Positions 19,551-30,112 of a stretch of 64,000 bases of DNA are shown here, in pieces (the stretch's first letter is position 1; each line of letters opens with the position of its first letter). The DNA comes from an uncultured Bacteroidota bacterium (GTDB taxonomy: Bacteria; Bacteroidota; Bacteroidia; Flavobacteriales; UBA7312). The translations under genes and the position numbers were made by a program. The notes under the pieces were generated by a model. The model saw nothing but the letters and a program-made list of their open reading frames with translations. It ran no database searches and was not told where the DNA came from. The stretch spans positions 5,444 to 69,443 of the forward strand of contig CACHMF010000002.1 of the NCBI GenBank assembly GCA_902580855.1. The letters are read 5' to 3'.

Positions 19551-20231
19551 CTATTTGGTTTTTTTGGCACGAGTCATTTCTCTTTTTCCGGGAGGTCCTT
19601 CTAAACTTTCAATCTCAAAACCAACTGCCTTTAAAGCACGTTTCACAGACCCTTTTGCACAATAAGTCACTAAAACAGCACCTACATTCATTGCACTGAA
19701 AATTTTGGTAAATATATCTTCGGTCCACAATTCCGGTTGCACTCTAGGTGCAAACGCATCATAGTAGACAAGGTCAAAAGTATTTTGAAACACAACATTT
19801 TGAATGGTAGATTCTATTTTCTGAAGTTTAAAACACTGACCTATCATGTGTGTATCAGTCCAACTACACTGGTGCATTTGTTGAAAAAAAGCTTCTTCAT
19901 TTTCCAAGCCTGTTAATCCTATGTACCCCATTTCGTTTGCTAAATCAAGATTTACTGGATATGCCTCCAATGCTGTATAAGTGATTTCTTTATGCAATTT
20001 TCGATTTTCCAAACATGTTAAAAACGCATTAAGACCCGTTCCAAAACCCATTTCTAAAATAGAAATTTTTGTTTTAGATATTGATTTCAGTCCATGCTTA
20101 ACAAAAACATGTTTAGCTTCAGAAAGTGCCCCATGAATAGAATGGTAATGCTCTTCTAAATCTGGAATGTATAAAGTCTTACTTCCATCGGCTGTTTCTA
20201 CTAATTCTTTTTTCACAGCACAAAAATACAC
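19551..20231 (-). CDS. mnmD: tRNA (mnm5s2U34)-methyltransferase, MnmD / MnmC methyltransferase-domain-only type
   Basis: TADGSKTLY, EHYHSIHGA, EMGFGTGLN (SAM motif) and YYDAFAP...PELW are signatures of the MnmC C-terminal-type methyltransferase. Apparent GTG start. Confidence 0.75.
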   Translation of the reverse strand: MYFCAVKKELVETADGSKTLYIPDLEEHYHSIHGALSEAKHVFVKHGLKSISKTKISILEMGFGTGLNAFLTCLENRKLHKEITYTALEAYPVNLDLANEMGYIGLTGLENEEAFFQQMHQCSWTDTHMIGQCFKLQKIESTIQNVVFQNTFDLVYYDAFAPRVQPELWTEDIFTKIFSAMNVGAVLVTYCAKGSVKRALKAVGFEIESLEGPPGKREMTRAKKTK

Positions 20232-20314
20232 ATTTGAATAAGTAAGATTTTAATGAACAACGAACAACTACCACTCTTATTTTCATATATTTACGAAAAC
20301 AAAAAGTAAATCTT

Positions 20315-21718
20315 ATGAGAAAATATCTACTAATTATTTTGACAGGAATACTACTTTCCCCATTTAACTCAAAGGCTACACATTTAATGGGAGGTGAAAT
20401 TACCATACAACACTTATTCGGCAGTGATTATGCTATTGTTGCTACAGCGTATAGAGACACCGTTGGAATTTCAATGGCGTTTAATCTGCCAATAACAATT
20501 ACAAACCAAACCACTGGCTGGGACACTGTTTTAAATGTTTCTCACGACACTATTATATCAGGAAACCTTGTTCCTTTAATTCCATACGGAACAGAGATTT
20601 ATATTTTTGCCGACACATTCTCCTTCCCTTCTCCAGGACAGTACACCGTTAATTGGGAAAACTGCTGCCGTAACCATGCAATTGTCAATTTAGCAAGCCC
20701 AGGTTCTGAAAACATGTTCTTACATGCAGAAGTAATGATAGACTCAACAAACAACTCTACTCCTTACTTTTTAGCACCACCAATCACTTACCTTCCGGTA
20801 AACACTCCATGGACTTATAATCCACTACCATTTGACCCAAATGGAGATTCGTTAGTATGGAGTTTGGACACACCTCATACAAGTTATGGCATTCAATGTT
20901 CAGGATATGTATTACCAGAAGACACAAGCGGGCTTGGAACATTTAGTATTGACCCAGTTACTGGAGATATTAACTGGACTGCTAGTTTCATCGGGAACTA
21001 TGTTACTACCGTTCTTGTAGAAGAGTACAGAAATGGAATTAAAATAGGTGAAATCAGAAGAGATATGCAACTCATTGTTATACCTGCTTGGAGTGCATTG
21101 TCTGTATTTACAAATATCAACACAGTACCAACTAATACTGCAGGATATCCTTATGTAACAATAGCTCCTAACCAAAACTATCAATTAGGTTTACTTGCAA
21201 GTGACCCAGATATAAATGATGTAGTATTTATTGAAGCTTTTGGTGAGCCAATTATTAACTATGGAGCTAACTTTAGCTACACGAACACTGGCAACGGAAA
21301 CGAAGTTGAAGGTGTTTTTGATTGGACTCCTGATGCAAGCATGATTAGAAGTAAACCATATATCATGGTATTTAGAGTTTCTGATAATTTATTTGCCACA
21401 GACCAATCTATACTCTTCGAAGTATCAGCATCTGCTACAAGTATATTTGACACTGAAGAAACAAACATAGGACACATTTATCCAAACCCTGCTACTCATC
21501 AATTTATTATTCCAATAAACATGGAAAGTGAGAAAACCATCAACATTGAAATTTATAATATTATGGGTAATAAAGTACTAGCATTTACTCCACGAAAAAT
21601 GCAAACTGGAAACCACTTAGTGATGTGTGATTTAGATTTAAGTAGTGGACAATATTTCGTTTCAATTAAATCTGAACACGAAACACTTAGCACTCAAAAA
21701 ATCATCGTTGTAAAATAA
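20315..21718 (+). CDS. Secreted protein with T9SS type-A C-terminal sorting domain
   Basis: Signal peptide, THLMGGEIT and CCRN motifs in the N-terminal half, and a C-terminal IYPNPATHQFII...GQYFVSIK...QKIIVVK Por/T9SS sorting domain. Confidence 0.8.
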   Translation: MRKYLLIILTGILLSPFNSKATHLMGGEITIQHLFGSDYAIVATAYRDTVGISMAFNLPITITNQTTGWDTVLNVSHDTIISGNLVPLIPYGTEIYIFADTFSFPSPGQYTVNWENCCRNHAIVNLASPGSENMFLHAEVMIDSTNNSTPYFLAPPITYLPVNTPWTYNPLPFDPNGDSLVWSLDTPHTSYGIQCSGYVLPEDTSGLGTFSIDPVTGDINWTASFIGNYVTTVLVEEYRNGIKIGEIRRDMQLIVIPAWSALSVFTNINTVPTNTAGYPYVTIAPNQNYQLGLLASDPDINDVVFIEAFGEPIINYGANFSYTNTGNGNEVEGVFDWTPDASMIRSKPYIMVFRVSDNLFATDQSILFEVSASATSIFDTEETNIGHIYPNPATHQFIIPINMESEKTINIEIYNIMGNKVLAFTPRKMQTGNHLVMCDLDLSSGQYFVSIKSEHETLSTQKIIVVK

Positions 21719-21738
21719 CATCAATTACTAGATAAAAA

Positions 21739-21765
21739 GGGGAGCCGTATGGTTCCCCTTTTTTT
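21739..21765 (+). terminator. Rho-independent terminator
   Basis: GGGGAGCC-gtat-GGTTCCCC hairpin with one G-U pair, followed by T7. Confidence 0.8.
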
Positions 21766-21796
21766 ATGTAAATTCGCACTCCAAACAATTCTCACT

Positions 21797-22882
21797 ATGT
21801 CTAAAAGCATTCTCAATAAAAAATCACTAACATTTTTAGAAAATTACATCAACAATCCTTCACCCACAGGTTTTGAAAGCGAAGGTCAAAAAATTTGGCT
21901 AGATTATATTAAACCATATATTGACGACTATTTTGTAGACACCTATGGTACTGTTGTTGGAGTTGTCAACCCTGAAGCTAAATACAAAGTAGTAATTGAA
22001 GCACATGCCGATGAAATTTCTTGGTTTGTACACTACATTACAAAAGAAGGGTTTATATACCTTAGAAGAAATGGTGGAAGCGACCATCAAATAGCCCCGT
22101 CTAAAAGAGTTAACATACATACTAAAAAAGGGATTGTAAAAGCTGTGTTTGGATGGCCTGCTATTCATACAAGACATGGTGGAGAAGAGAAATCTCCTAA
22201 ACTTGACAACATCTTTTTAGATTGCGGATGTACTTCAAAAGAAGAAGTAGAAAAATTAGGAGTACATGTTGGCTGCGTGATTACTTACGAAGATGAATTC
22301 ATGGTCTTAAATAAAAACTTTTATGTGGGTCGCGCATTAGACAACCGAATTGGAGGATTTATGATTGCAGAAGTAGCTCGCCTACTAAAAGAAAATAAAA
22401 AGAAACTTCCTTTTGGACTTTACATCACTAACTCAGTACAAGAAGAGGTAGGTTTAAGAGGTGCTCAAATGATTACAGAGACTATCAAACCGAATGTTGC
22501 TATTGTAACAGATGTTTGTCACGATACGCAAACACCTATGATTAATAAAATTAAGCAAGGTGATTTGTTTGCTGGAAAAGGACCCGTACTTACCTATGGA
22601 CCTGCTGTTCAAAACAATTTATTAGAGCTGCTAATAGATACTGCTGAAAGTAAGAAAATTCCATTCCAAAGAGCAGCAGCTTCTAGAGCTACAGGAACAG
22701 ATACAGACGCCTTTGCATATTCTACAGGAGGTGTTGCTTCAGCGCTTATTTCTTTACCATTACGCTATATGCATACAACAGTAGAAAGTGTACATAAAGA
22801 TGATGTAGAAAATGTGATTAAGCTAATATTCGAAGCATTATTAAAAATTGAAAACGGTCACGATTTTAGTTATTTGAAATAA
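21797..22882 (+). CDS. M42 family metallopeptidase (glutamyl aminopeptidase / FrvX-CelM-like)
   Basis: PSPTGFE, EAHADEI, LDNRIG and QEEVGLRGA motifs. The ATG at 21797 is preferred, because the track start at 21749 overlaps the terminator. Confidence 0.85.
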   Translation: MSKSILNKKSLTFLENYINNPSPTGFESEGQKIWLDYIKPYIDDYFVDTYGTVVGVVNPEAKYKVVIEAHADEISWFVHYITKEGFIYLRRNGGSDHQIAPSKRVNIHTKKGIVKAVFGWPAIHTRHGGEEKSPKLDNIFLDCGCTSKEEVEKLGVHVGCVITYEDEFMVLNKNFYVGRALDNRIGGFMIAEVARLLKENKKKLPFGLYITNSVQEEVGLRGAQMITETIKPNVAIVTDVCHDTQTPMINKIKQGDLFAGKGPVLTYGPAVQNNLLELLIDTAESKKIPFQRAAASRATGTDTDAFAYSTGGVASALISLPLRYMHTTVESVHKDDVENVIKLIFEALLKIENGHDFSYLK

Positions 22883-22889
22883 GCCTCCA

Positions 22890-23933
22890 ATGAAAATCAC
22901 TAAAACTCAAAACTCTCGTTTAGCAAATACAGATTTCAATAAATTGGAATTTGGAAGAACTTTTAGTGATCATATGTTAATGTGTAAGTTTCAAGATGGT
23001 CAGTGGCAAGAAGCTGAAATCTTACCATATCAACCATTATCTTTTGCTCCAGGAACACATGTTTTTCATTATGGACAAGCCATCTTTGAAGGAATGAAAG
23101 CCTTTAAAAACGAACAAGGACAAACACTCTTGTTTCGTCCTGAAGCAAACATGAATCGTTTAAACCAATCAGCAAACAGGTTATGCATGCCGTCTATCCC
23201 ATCATCTATCTTCATGGATGGCTTAAAAAGTTTACTAATGCTAGATGAACAATGGATTCCTGAAGGCAATACGAAATCGCTCTACATTCGACCATTTATG
23301 ATAGCAAATAGTGAATTCATTAGAGCTACTCCAGCTGATGAGTTCATCTTTTTCATCATCACATCACCTAGCGCTTCTTACTATTCTGGAGAAGTCCATT
23401 TAAAAGTGGAAGAGAAATTTGTAAGATCTGTAGAAGGAGGTACTGGATTTGCCAAAGCTGCAGGAAACTATGCAGCGGCCTTTGCACCCACCAAAAATGC
23501 ACAGCAAGCAGGATTTACACAAGTAGTTTGGACAGATGCTTTTGAGCATAAATACATTGAAGAGTCGGGTACGATGAACATTATGTTCCGAATCAATAAT
23601 ACCTTGATAACTCCTGCTTTAAGCGAAAGTATTTTGGCAGGAATTACTAGGGACAGTATTTTAAAAATAGCAAAAGAAAAAGGAATTTCTGTAGAAGAGC
23701 GTAAAATCGCTATCACAGAAATAATGGAAGCACATCAAAACGGTACTTTACAAGAAGCTTTTGGGGTGGGTACAGCAGTAACCGTAAACCCTATTAACTC
23801 AATTACTTTTAGAGAAGAAAAAATCGAAATCAAAGCAGTGGGCAATAGTTACGCACATCAATTAAAAACAGAATTACAAAACATCCAACATGGAGTTTGT
23901 CCAGACATATACAACTGGATAGTTACTGTTTAA
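22890..23933 (+). CDS. ilvE: Branched-chain amino acid aminotransferase (class IV)
   Basis: HYGQAIFEGMKAF, the GGTGFAKAAGNYA context and ESGTMNIMF are typical of eukaryote-like/long IlvE. Confidence 0.9.
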   Translation: MKITKTQNSRLANTDFNKLEFGRTFSDHMLMCKFQDGQWQEAEILPYQPLSFAPGTHVFHYGQAIFEGMKAFKNEQGQTLLFRPEANMNRLNQSANRLCMPSIPSSIFMDGLKSLLMLDEQWIPEGNTKSLYIRPFMIANSEFIRATPADEFIFFIITSPSASYYSGEVHLKVEEKFVRSVEGGTGFAKAAGNYAAAFAPTKNAQQAGFTQVVWTDAFEHKYIEESGTMNIMFRINNTLITPALSESILAGITRDSILKIAKEKGISVEERKIAITEIMEAHQNGTLQEAFGVGTAVTVNPINSITFREEKIEIKAVGNSYAHQLKTELQNIQHGVCPDIYNWIVTV

Positions 23934-24348
23934 ACAGCATCTTAAAATGCTGAATGCCAGCTTCCTCAAAAGGCACTCCTTCTTTTTCAAAACCAAATTT
24001 TTGATAAAAATCTACGACTTGAATTTGCGCATGAAGATAAATAGGTTTGGAATGTTTTTGAACTTCTTCAATCACTTGATCAAGCAAATATTTACCAATC
24101 CCTTCTCCCCTATAAGTTGGAAGAACAGCAAATCGTTCTAATTTAATTCCATTGGGTGTAAAACGCCAACGAGTTGTGGCAACTGCCTTACTGTCTACAG
24201 TAACTAAATAATGTTGAGAAACCTCCTCAAAAGCATCATATTCATCCAAAACATTAACCCCTTGTTCTTGCACAAAAACGGCTGTTCTTATTTGTTGTGC
24301 TAATACAAAATCGACATCAGAAGCTTTTATTTTACGTAAGCTCCACAT
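23923..24348 (-). CDS. GNAT family N-acetyltransferase
   Basis: 141 aa with the acetyl-CoA motif RGEGIGKYLL. Its 3' end overlaps the ilvE 3' end by 11 nt (convergent). Confidence 0.8.
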   Translation of the reverse strand: MWSLRKIKASDVDFVLAQQIRTAVFVQEQGVNVLDEYDAFEEVSQHYLVTVDSKAVATTRWRFTPNGIKLERFAVLPTYRGEGIGKYLLDQVIEEVQKHSKPIYLHAQIQVVDFYQKFGFEKEGVPFEEAGIQHFKMLFKQ

Positions 24349-24733
24349 GCCTTTCTAAAATAGCTTTAATATCTGGCTTAAAGTACAAATTACTCTTCAT
24401 CACTTTGCCATCTTCTCTAAAAATGGGCTTGCCATCTTTATCTAATTTGGACATATTAGAGCGTTGTATTTCATTAAAAACATCCTCCATCACATCTTGC
24501 AAGCCATGCTTTAAAACAGAACCACACCATATATACAACAAGTCACCTAAAGCATCAGCTATCTCAACCAAATCCCCATCTTTACAAGCCTGTAAATACT
24601 CTTCATTTTCTTCATGCATCAATCTATGCCTTAACAAATAAGTCTCCTCTTTTACATTTGCCACAGGAGCATCTTCATTGCCAATTAAAAAAACTTCATG
24701 GAACTTTCTTACTTTATCTATTTTGTCTTGCAT
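24332..24733 (-). CDS. MazG-like nucleoside triphosphate pyrophosphohydrolase family protein
   Basis: All-alpha EExxE/D pattern (HEENEEYLQA...EIADALGDLLY). The ATG at 24733 is preferred to the track start at 24808. Confidence 0.6.
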   Translation of the reverse strand: MQDKIDKVRKFHEVFLIGNEDAPVANVKEETYLLRHRLMHEENEEYLQACKDGDLVEIADALGDLLYIWCGSVLKHGLQDVMEDVFNEIQRSNMSKLDKDGKPIFREDGKVMKSNLYFKPDIKAILERHVELT

Positions 24734-24807
24734 TTTATTTGATTTTGATGAGCAGTAAATATAGTCGAGTTTTTGTTTAATTTTGTGCTTCACTAAAAAA
24801 TAAATCA

Positions 24808-25413
24808 ATGAAAAAAATAGCTTTTATTATTGTTTTAGCCATTGGCTTTTCATCTTTTACAAGTGTACATACTGATAACTTTAAAATTGACACTCAAAAA
24901 AGTAATGTTAAATGGGTGGGGAGTAAAATTTCTGGAGCTAGCCATGAAGGAAATATATCGATTACAGAAGGAATAATCAGTATCAATAATGGTAAAATGG
25001 TGGATGCAGAATTTATTGTTGACTTAAACACTATTACTTGCACTGACCTGAAAGGAGAAAAAGCAGCGTATTTAGTCGATCACCTTAAAAATGAAGACTT
25101 TTTTGATGTTCCAAACCATCCTCAAGCTCGACTAAAACTTATTAAAGCATCTAAAACAGAAACAGGATATAGCATCAGTGCAGCTTTGACAATAAAAGAC
25201 AAAACACAACCTGTTGTTTTTGATGTTGAATGGACGCTAAGAGGTACCGCTGCCTTAGCAAGTGGAAAACTCATATTCGATCGCACAAAATTCGATATTA
25301 CGTATGGTTCTGGTAGCTTTTTTGAAGATCTCGCAGACAGAGCAATCAACGATGAAGTATCGCTAGAATTTCGCGTAATGTTAAACCTTGAAGATAATGG
25401 AAAACATAACTAA
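24808..25413 (+). CDS. YceI family (polyisoprenoid-binding) periplasmic protein
   Basis: Signal peptide plus YceI-like features (SNVKWVGSKISGASHEGN, HLKNEDFFDV, FDRTKFDI). Confidence 0.75.
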   Translation: MKKIAFIIVLAIGFSSFTSVHTDNFKIDTQKSNVKWVGSKISGASHEGNISITEGIISINNGKMVDAEFIVDLNTITCTDLKGEKAAYLVDHLKNEDFFDVPNHPQARLKLIKASKTETGYSISAALTIKDKTQPVVFDVEWTLRGTAALASGKLIFDRTKFDITYGSGSFFEDLADRAINDEVSLEFRVMLNLEDNGKHN

Positions 25414-25588
25414 TGGGCATTGGATTTTTGCTGCAATTTTCGCTATTTCGTTTGTAGGATTTATTGTTTGGTCCTATCGAAAAGATTTGCAACTACATAA
25501 AGTTCACTACAAAGGAAGTAGTTTATTTTTACTAGGCTTAATTGTATTAGCTTTCCTAATTTATGTATTCAGGGGATTTATGAAATAG
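25397..25588 (+). CDS. Hypothetical small two-TM membrane protein
   Basis: 63 aa with two hydrophobic helices. It overlaps the YceI gene end and is followed by a terminator. Confidence 0.45.
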   Translation: MENITNGHWIFAAIFAISFVGFIVWSYRKDLQLHKVHYKGSSLFLLGLIVLAFLIYVFRGFMK

Positions 25589-25592
25589 ATAC

Positions 25593-25620
25593 AAAGTCAC
25601 TTTCTCAGTGACTTTTATTT
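25593..25620 (+). terminator. Rho-independent terminator
   Basis: AAAGTCACT-ttctc-AGTGACTTT hairpin followed by a T-rich run. Confidence 0.7.
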
Positions 25621-25660
25621 TATCTAATTATTTGTAATTTAAACTCCATTTATAATATAT

Positions 25661-26665
25661 ATGAAAATATTTAAATTTTTCTTTTTTGCTATTTCAGGTT
25701 TTATTGCGCTATACATATTAGCCTGTGTATTTATGCCAAGTAATTTTGAGGTAAGCAGAGAAATTGAAATCAATACAAACCCTCTAATTGTATTCAATCA
25801 AATTAATGATTTTCATAATTGGAACAATTGGGATCCATGGGCTGAAATTGATTCTACCATTATTAACAAATTTGATAAAATTACAGAAGGAGAAGGTGCT
25901 TACAGAGAATGGACTGCAGAAAAATTAGGTAATGGAAACATGAAGATAACGAACAGTGTACTGCTTAAACAAATCGATTTTGAAATTTCTTTATCAGACT
26001 GGAGTACATTTTACGGAAAGTTCATATTTCAACCCACAAAGGCAGGTGTAAAAGTAAACTGGACTGACAAAGGTAATTTGCCATTTCTAGCAAGAGGGTG
26101 TGGTCCTATTTTTGATGCTATGATAGGTACAGATTTTGAAAAAGGTCTCAAAAACTTGAAAGATTACTGCGAAAACCTTCCTGCTAGTACAGAGAATATG
26201 AAATTAGTAATATGGGAATCTCAACCATATGTATATATATTAGATAGTTGTAAGGTAAGCGATATCAACGTAAAGTTAGGAGAGATATATGAAGAAATTT
26301 ATCTTACCCTAGCTACACAAGGAATAATGCCAATTAGCCAACCTTTCGCTAAATATATAAACTTCCCTCACAAAGCGGGGGATGATAACAAAGTAATCCT
26401 TAAAGCAGGTGCCTTTTTAGAGGAAGAAATAGAAACTTTAGGAAGAATACAAATAGGAAACAGCACAAGCGGCAACACTTTACAAAGTAGTCATTTTGGA
26501 GTTTATGAAACAGTAAGTGTGACACATGATTTAATGAAAAAACATTGTAACGATATTGGTTACACTATAAATGGAAGTGCTTACGAAATATATATTACAG
26601 ACCCTAGTTTAGAGCCAAATCCTTCAAAATGGGAAACAAAGGTTATTTACGAATTAGTAAACTAG
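25661..26665 (+). CDS. Membrane-anchored SRPBCC-domain protein fused to a GyrI-like small-molecule-binding domain (hypothetical)
   Basis: N-terminal TM anchor. The first half resembles polyketide-cyclase/SRPBCC proteins and the second half resembles GyrI-like effector-binding domains. Assignment is by overall resemblance only. Confidence 0.45.
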   Translation: MKIFKFFFFAISGFIALYILACVFMPSNFEVSREIEINTNPLIVFNQINDFHNWNNWDPWAEIDSTIINKFDKITEGEGAYREWTAEKLGNGNMKITNSVLLKQIDFEISLSDWSTFYGKFIFQPTKAGVKVNWTDKGNLPFLARGCGPIFDAMIGTDFEKGLKNLKDYCENLPASTENMKLVIWESQPYVYILDSCKVSDINVKLGEIYEEIYLTLATQGIMPISQPFAKYINFPHKAGDDNKVILKAGAFLEEEIETLGRIQIGNSTSGNTLQSSHFGVYETVSVTHDLMKKHCNDIGYTINGSAYEIYITDPSLEPNPSKWETKVIYELVN

Positions 26666-26668
26666 TTT

Positions 26669-29600
26669 TTACATATTCCTTCTGTACTGACCACCAACTT
26701 CAAATAGAGCTTTTGTAATTTGTCCTAAAGAACAATGTTTAGTTGCATCCATCAATATAGCAAAGATATTCTTATTTTGTATTGCTGCTTCTTGTAATTT
26801 ATTTAAACTTTCTTTTGCCAAATCAAATTTATTTGAATGTAAGCTCTGAAGCATGCCAATTTGATATTCTTTCTCTTCAGTGGTTGCTCTAATAACCTCA
26901 GAAGGGGTAATAGTTGGAGATCCTTTTGAGTTTAAGAATGTATTTACTCCAATAATTGGATATTCTCCTGTATGTTTTAATGTTTCGTAATACAACGATT
27001 CCTCTTGAATCTTAGAGCGTTGGTACATGCTTTCCATGGCTCCTAACACTCCTCCTCTTTCGGTAATTCTATCGAATTCTGTTAGTACAGCTTCTTCTAC
27101 TAAATCTGTTAATTCCTCAATAATAAATGCTCCTTGAATTGGATTTTCATTCTTAGCTAAACCAAGCTCTTTATTAATAATTAGTTGAATAGCCATAGCT
27201 CTACGTACTGACTCTTCAGTAGGTGTTGTAATCGCTTCATCATAAGCATTAGTATGTAAGGAGTTACAGTTATCATAAATTGCATACAAAGCTTGGAGCG
27301 TAGTGCGGATATCATTAAAGTCTATTTCTTGAGCGTGTAATGAACGACCAGAGGTTTGAATATGATATTTCAACATTTGAGCTCGCTCATTGGCTCCGTA
27401 TTTATACTTCATCGCTTTTGCCCAAATTCTTCTAGCAACACGGCCAATCACTGCATATTCAGGATCTACCCCATTAGAAAAGAAAAACGATAGGTTTGGT
27501 CCAAATTTATTGATATCCATCCCTCTACTTAAATAGTACTCTACGTAAGTAAATCCGTTTGCTAAAGTGAATGCCAACTGAGAAATAGGGTTAGCTCCTG
27601 CTTCTGCAATATGATAACCTGAAATGGAAACAGAATAAAAGTTACGTACACCATTATCAATGAAGTATGACTGCACATCACCCATCATTCGTAAAGCAAA
27701 TTCTGTAGAAAATATACACGTATTTTGTGCTTGGTCTTCCTTTAGGATATCTGCTTGAACAGTCCCTCTCACTTTTGTTAATGTTTCCGCTTTGATTTGA
27801 TTGTAAACATCCGCTTGCAACACCTGATCTCCTGTAACACCTAAAAGCATCAACCCTAAACCATCATTTCCTTCAGGCAAATCTCCTTGATACTGTGGCC
27901 TTTCCTTTCCTTTATAGATGGTAGCGATTTTCTTTTCTATCTCTTTTTCTAAACCGTTTTCTCTGATATACTTTTCGCAGTTTTGGTCGATAGCTGCATT
28001 CATGAAATAGCCTAACAACATAGGTGCCGGACCGTTAATTGTCATAGATACAGATGTGGTTGGATGACTTAAATCAAAACCAGAGTATAATTTTTTAGCA
28101 TCATCCAAACAACAAATAGAAACTCCTGAGTTTCCGATTTTACCATAAATATCCGGTCTGTAATCAGGATCATTTCCATACAGGGTAACAGAATCAAAAG
28201 CAGTAGATAAACGCTTTGCAGGCATTCCTAAACTGACATAATGAAATCGCTTGTTTGTTCTTTCTGGCCCACCTTCTCCCGCAAACATTCTAGTAGGATC
28301 TTCCCCTTCTCTTTTAAATGGAAACAAACCAGCTGTATATGGAAATCTACCTGGCACATTCTCTTGTAATTGCCAGTGTAGGACATCTCCCCACCCCTCA
28401 TATTTTGGTAAGCAAATTTTTGGAATATCAGAATGCGACAATGACTTAGTATGTGTTTTTATTGCTAACTCTTTATCACGAACTTTAAATTTAAATACGG
28501 ATGCTTTATAAGCCGATTGTAAATCACTCCAAGCATCAATAAGTTGTTTGTTTTTCGGATCTAAATCGACCAATTTTTGAGCATATGCTTCTTGCAATCC
28601 TTTCAATAATCTATCCTTGTCTTCTAAGTTAGATTTTTGAATTGTTTCCATCGATTTATGGATTCCATACAATTCTTGCGCTACTTCTTTTTGATTAATA
28701 GACCAATTATCGTAAGCACGATTGTTATCCGAAATTTCTGACAAATACCTAGATCTTTTAGGAGGTATTACAAAGATTTTTTCAGACATTTCTTTGGTAA
28801 TTTCGAAAGAAGAAGATAGATCTGCTCCTGTTTTCTCTACTACCTTATCCATAATTGCTTTATACAAGGAGTTTACTCCAGGGTCATTAAACTGCGAAGC
28901 AATCGTCCCAAAAACAGGCATTTCATTTACATCTTGTGTAAACAGCTGATGATTGCGTTGATATTGTTTCTTGACATCACGTAAAGCATCTAATGAACCA
29001 CGCTTATCAAATTTATTAATTGAAATAAGGTCGGCAAAATCCAGCATATCGATTTTTTCCAATTGTGTAGCTGCTCCATACTCAGGAGTCATTACATACA
29101 AAGAAGCATCTGAATGCTCTATAATCTCTGTATCTGACTGACCTATTCCAGAAGTTTCTAAAATAACTAAATCGTAATTCGCTGCCTTTAAAATATCTAA
29201 AGCATCATTTACATGAGCCGATAATGCCAAGTTGGCTTGGCGTGTTGCTAAAGAGCGCATATACACTCTTTCACTTTTAATAGCATTCATACGAATTCTA
29301 TCTCCCAGAAGTGCACCTCCTGTTTTTCTCTTAGAAGGATCAACAGAAACAATGGCTATTTTCTTATCTGAAAAATCAATTAAAAACCTTCGCACAAGCT
29401 CATCCACTAAAGATGACTTTCCAGCTCCTCCAGTTCCTGTAATCCCTAACACAGGAGTTTTAGATTTTGCTGCTAATTCTTTGATTTTCGCTAACTCCGA
29501 TTTGGCTTTTTCCGGATAATTCTCAGCTGCTGAAATCAGATTTGCAATGTTTTGCATATTCGATAAATCGTCAGAGCAACCTTCCACTTTCTTTCCTAAA

Positions 29601-30037
29601 GGAAAATCCGACTTCTCCACTAAATCATTAATCATCCCCTGTAAACCCATCGATCTACCATCATCCGGATGATAAATACGTGTGATTCCATAATCATGTA
29701 ACTCTTCTATTTCTTCTGGTAGAATTGTGCCTCCTCCACCTGCAAAAATCTTAATATGACTCGCTCGTTTTTCTTTGAGTAAGTCAAACATATATTTCAA
29801 ATACTCTGTATGGCCTCCTTGATAAGAGGTCATCGCAATTGCATTTGCATCCTCTTCAATTGCACAATTAACAACCTCTTCAACCGATCGGTCATGCCCT
29901 AAATGAATTACCTCACAACCTGTTGCCTGAATGATTCTACGCATGATATTGATTGCGGCATCATGTCCATCAAAAAGTGAGGCTGCTGTTACAATCCTTA
30001 CTTTATTTGTTGGTTTATACGGAGGTATATTTTCCAT
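26669..30037 (-). CDS. icmF: Fused isobutyryl-CoA mutase IcmF (B12-binding domain + MeaB-like GTPase + mutase substrate domain)
   Basis: N-terminal B12-binding domain ([12 protein letters not shown]), central G-protein P-loop GTGGAGKSS with INKFD, and a C-terminal methylmalonyl-CoA-mutase-like barrel. At 1122 aa it fits IcmF architecture. Confidence 0.9.
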   Translation of the reverse strand: MENIPPYKPTNKVRIVTAASLFDGHDAAINIMRRIIQATGCEVIHLGHDRSVEEVVNCAIEEDANAIAMTSYQGGHTEYLKYMFDLLKEKRASHIKIFAGGGGTILPEEIEELHDYGITRIYHPDDGRSMGLQGMINDLVEKSDFPLGKKVEGCSDDLSNMQNIANLISAAENYPEKAKSELAKIKELAAKSKTPVLGITGTGGAGKSSLVDELVRRFLIDFSDKKIAIVSVDPSKRKTGGALLGDRIRMNAIKSERVYMRSLATRQANLALSAHVNDALDILKAANYDLVILETSGIGQSDTEIIEHSDASLYVMTPEYGAATQLEKIDMLDFADLISINKFDKRGSLDALRDVKKQYQRNHQLFTQDVNEMPVFGTIASQFNDPGVNSLYKAIMDKVVEKTGADLSSSFEITKEMSEKIFVIPPKRSRYLSEISDNNRAYDNWSINQKEVAQELYGIHKSMETIQKSNLEDKDRLLKGLQEAYAQKLVDLDPKNKQLIDAWSDLQSAYKASVFKFKVRDKELAIKTHTKSLSHSDIPKICLPKYEGWGDVLHWQLQENVPGRFPYTAGLFPFKREGEDPTRMFAGEGGPERTNKRFHYVSLGMPAKRLSTAFDSVTLYGNDPDYRPDIYGKIGNSGVSICCLDDAKKLYSGFDLSHPTTSVSMTINGPAPMLLGYFMNAAIDQNCEKYIRENGLEKEIEKKIATIYKGKERPQYQGDLPEGNDGLGLMLLGVTGDQVLQADVYNQIKAETLTKVRGTVQADILKEDQAQNTCIFSTEFALRMMGDVQSYFIDNGVRNFYSVSISGYHIAEAGANPISQLAFTLANGFTYVEYYLSRGMDINKFGPNLSFFFSNGVDPEYAVIGRVARRIWAKAMKYKYGANERAQMLKYHIQTSGRSLHAQEIDFNDIRTTLQALYAIYDNCNSLHTNAYDEAITTPTEESVRRAMAIQLIINKELGLAKNENPIQGAFIIEELTDLVEEAVLTEFDRITERGGVLGAMESMYQRSKIQEESLYYETLKHTGEYPIIGVNTFLNSKGSPTITPSEVIRATTEEKEYQIGMLQSLHSNKFDLAKESLNKLQEAAIQNKNIFAILMDATKHCSLGQITKALFEVGGQYRRNM

Positions 30038-30112
30038 TGATTCCTTAATTTTAACTATGCAAATATAAGGGATTATCGCCTTTAATTTTTGGCTAAATTT
30101 GTGAGTATAAAA

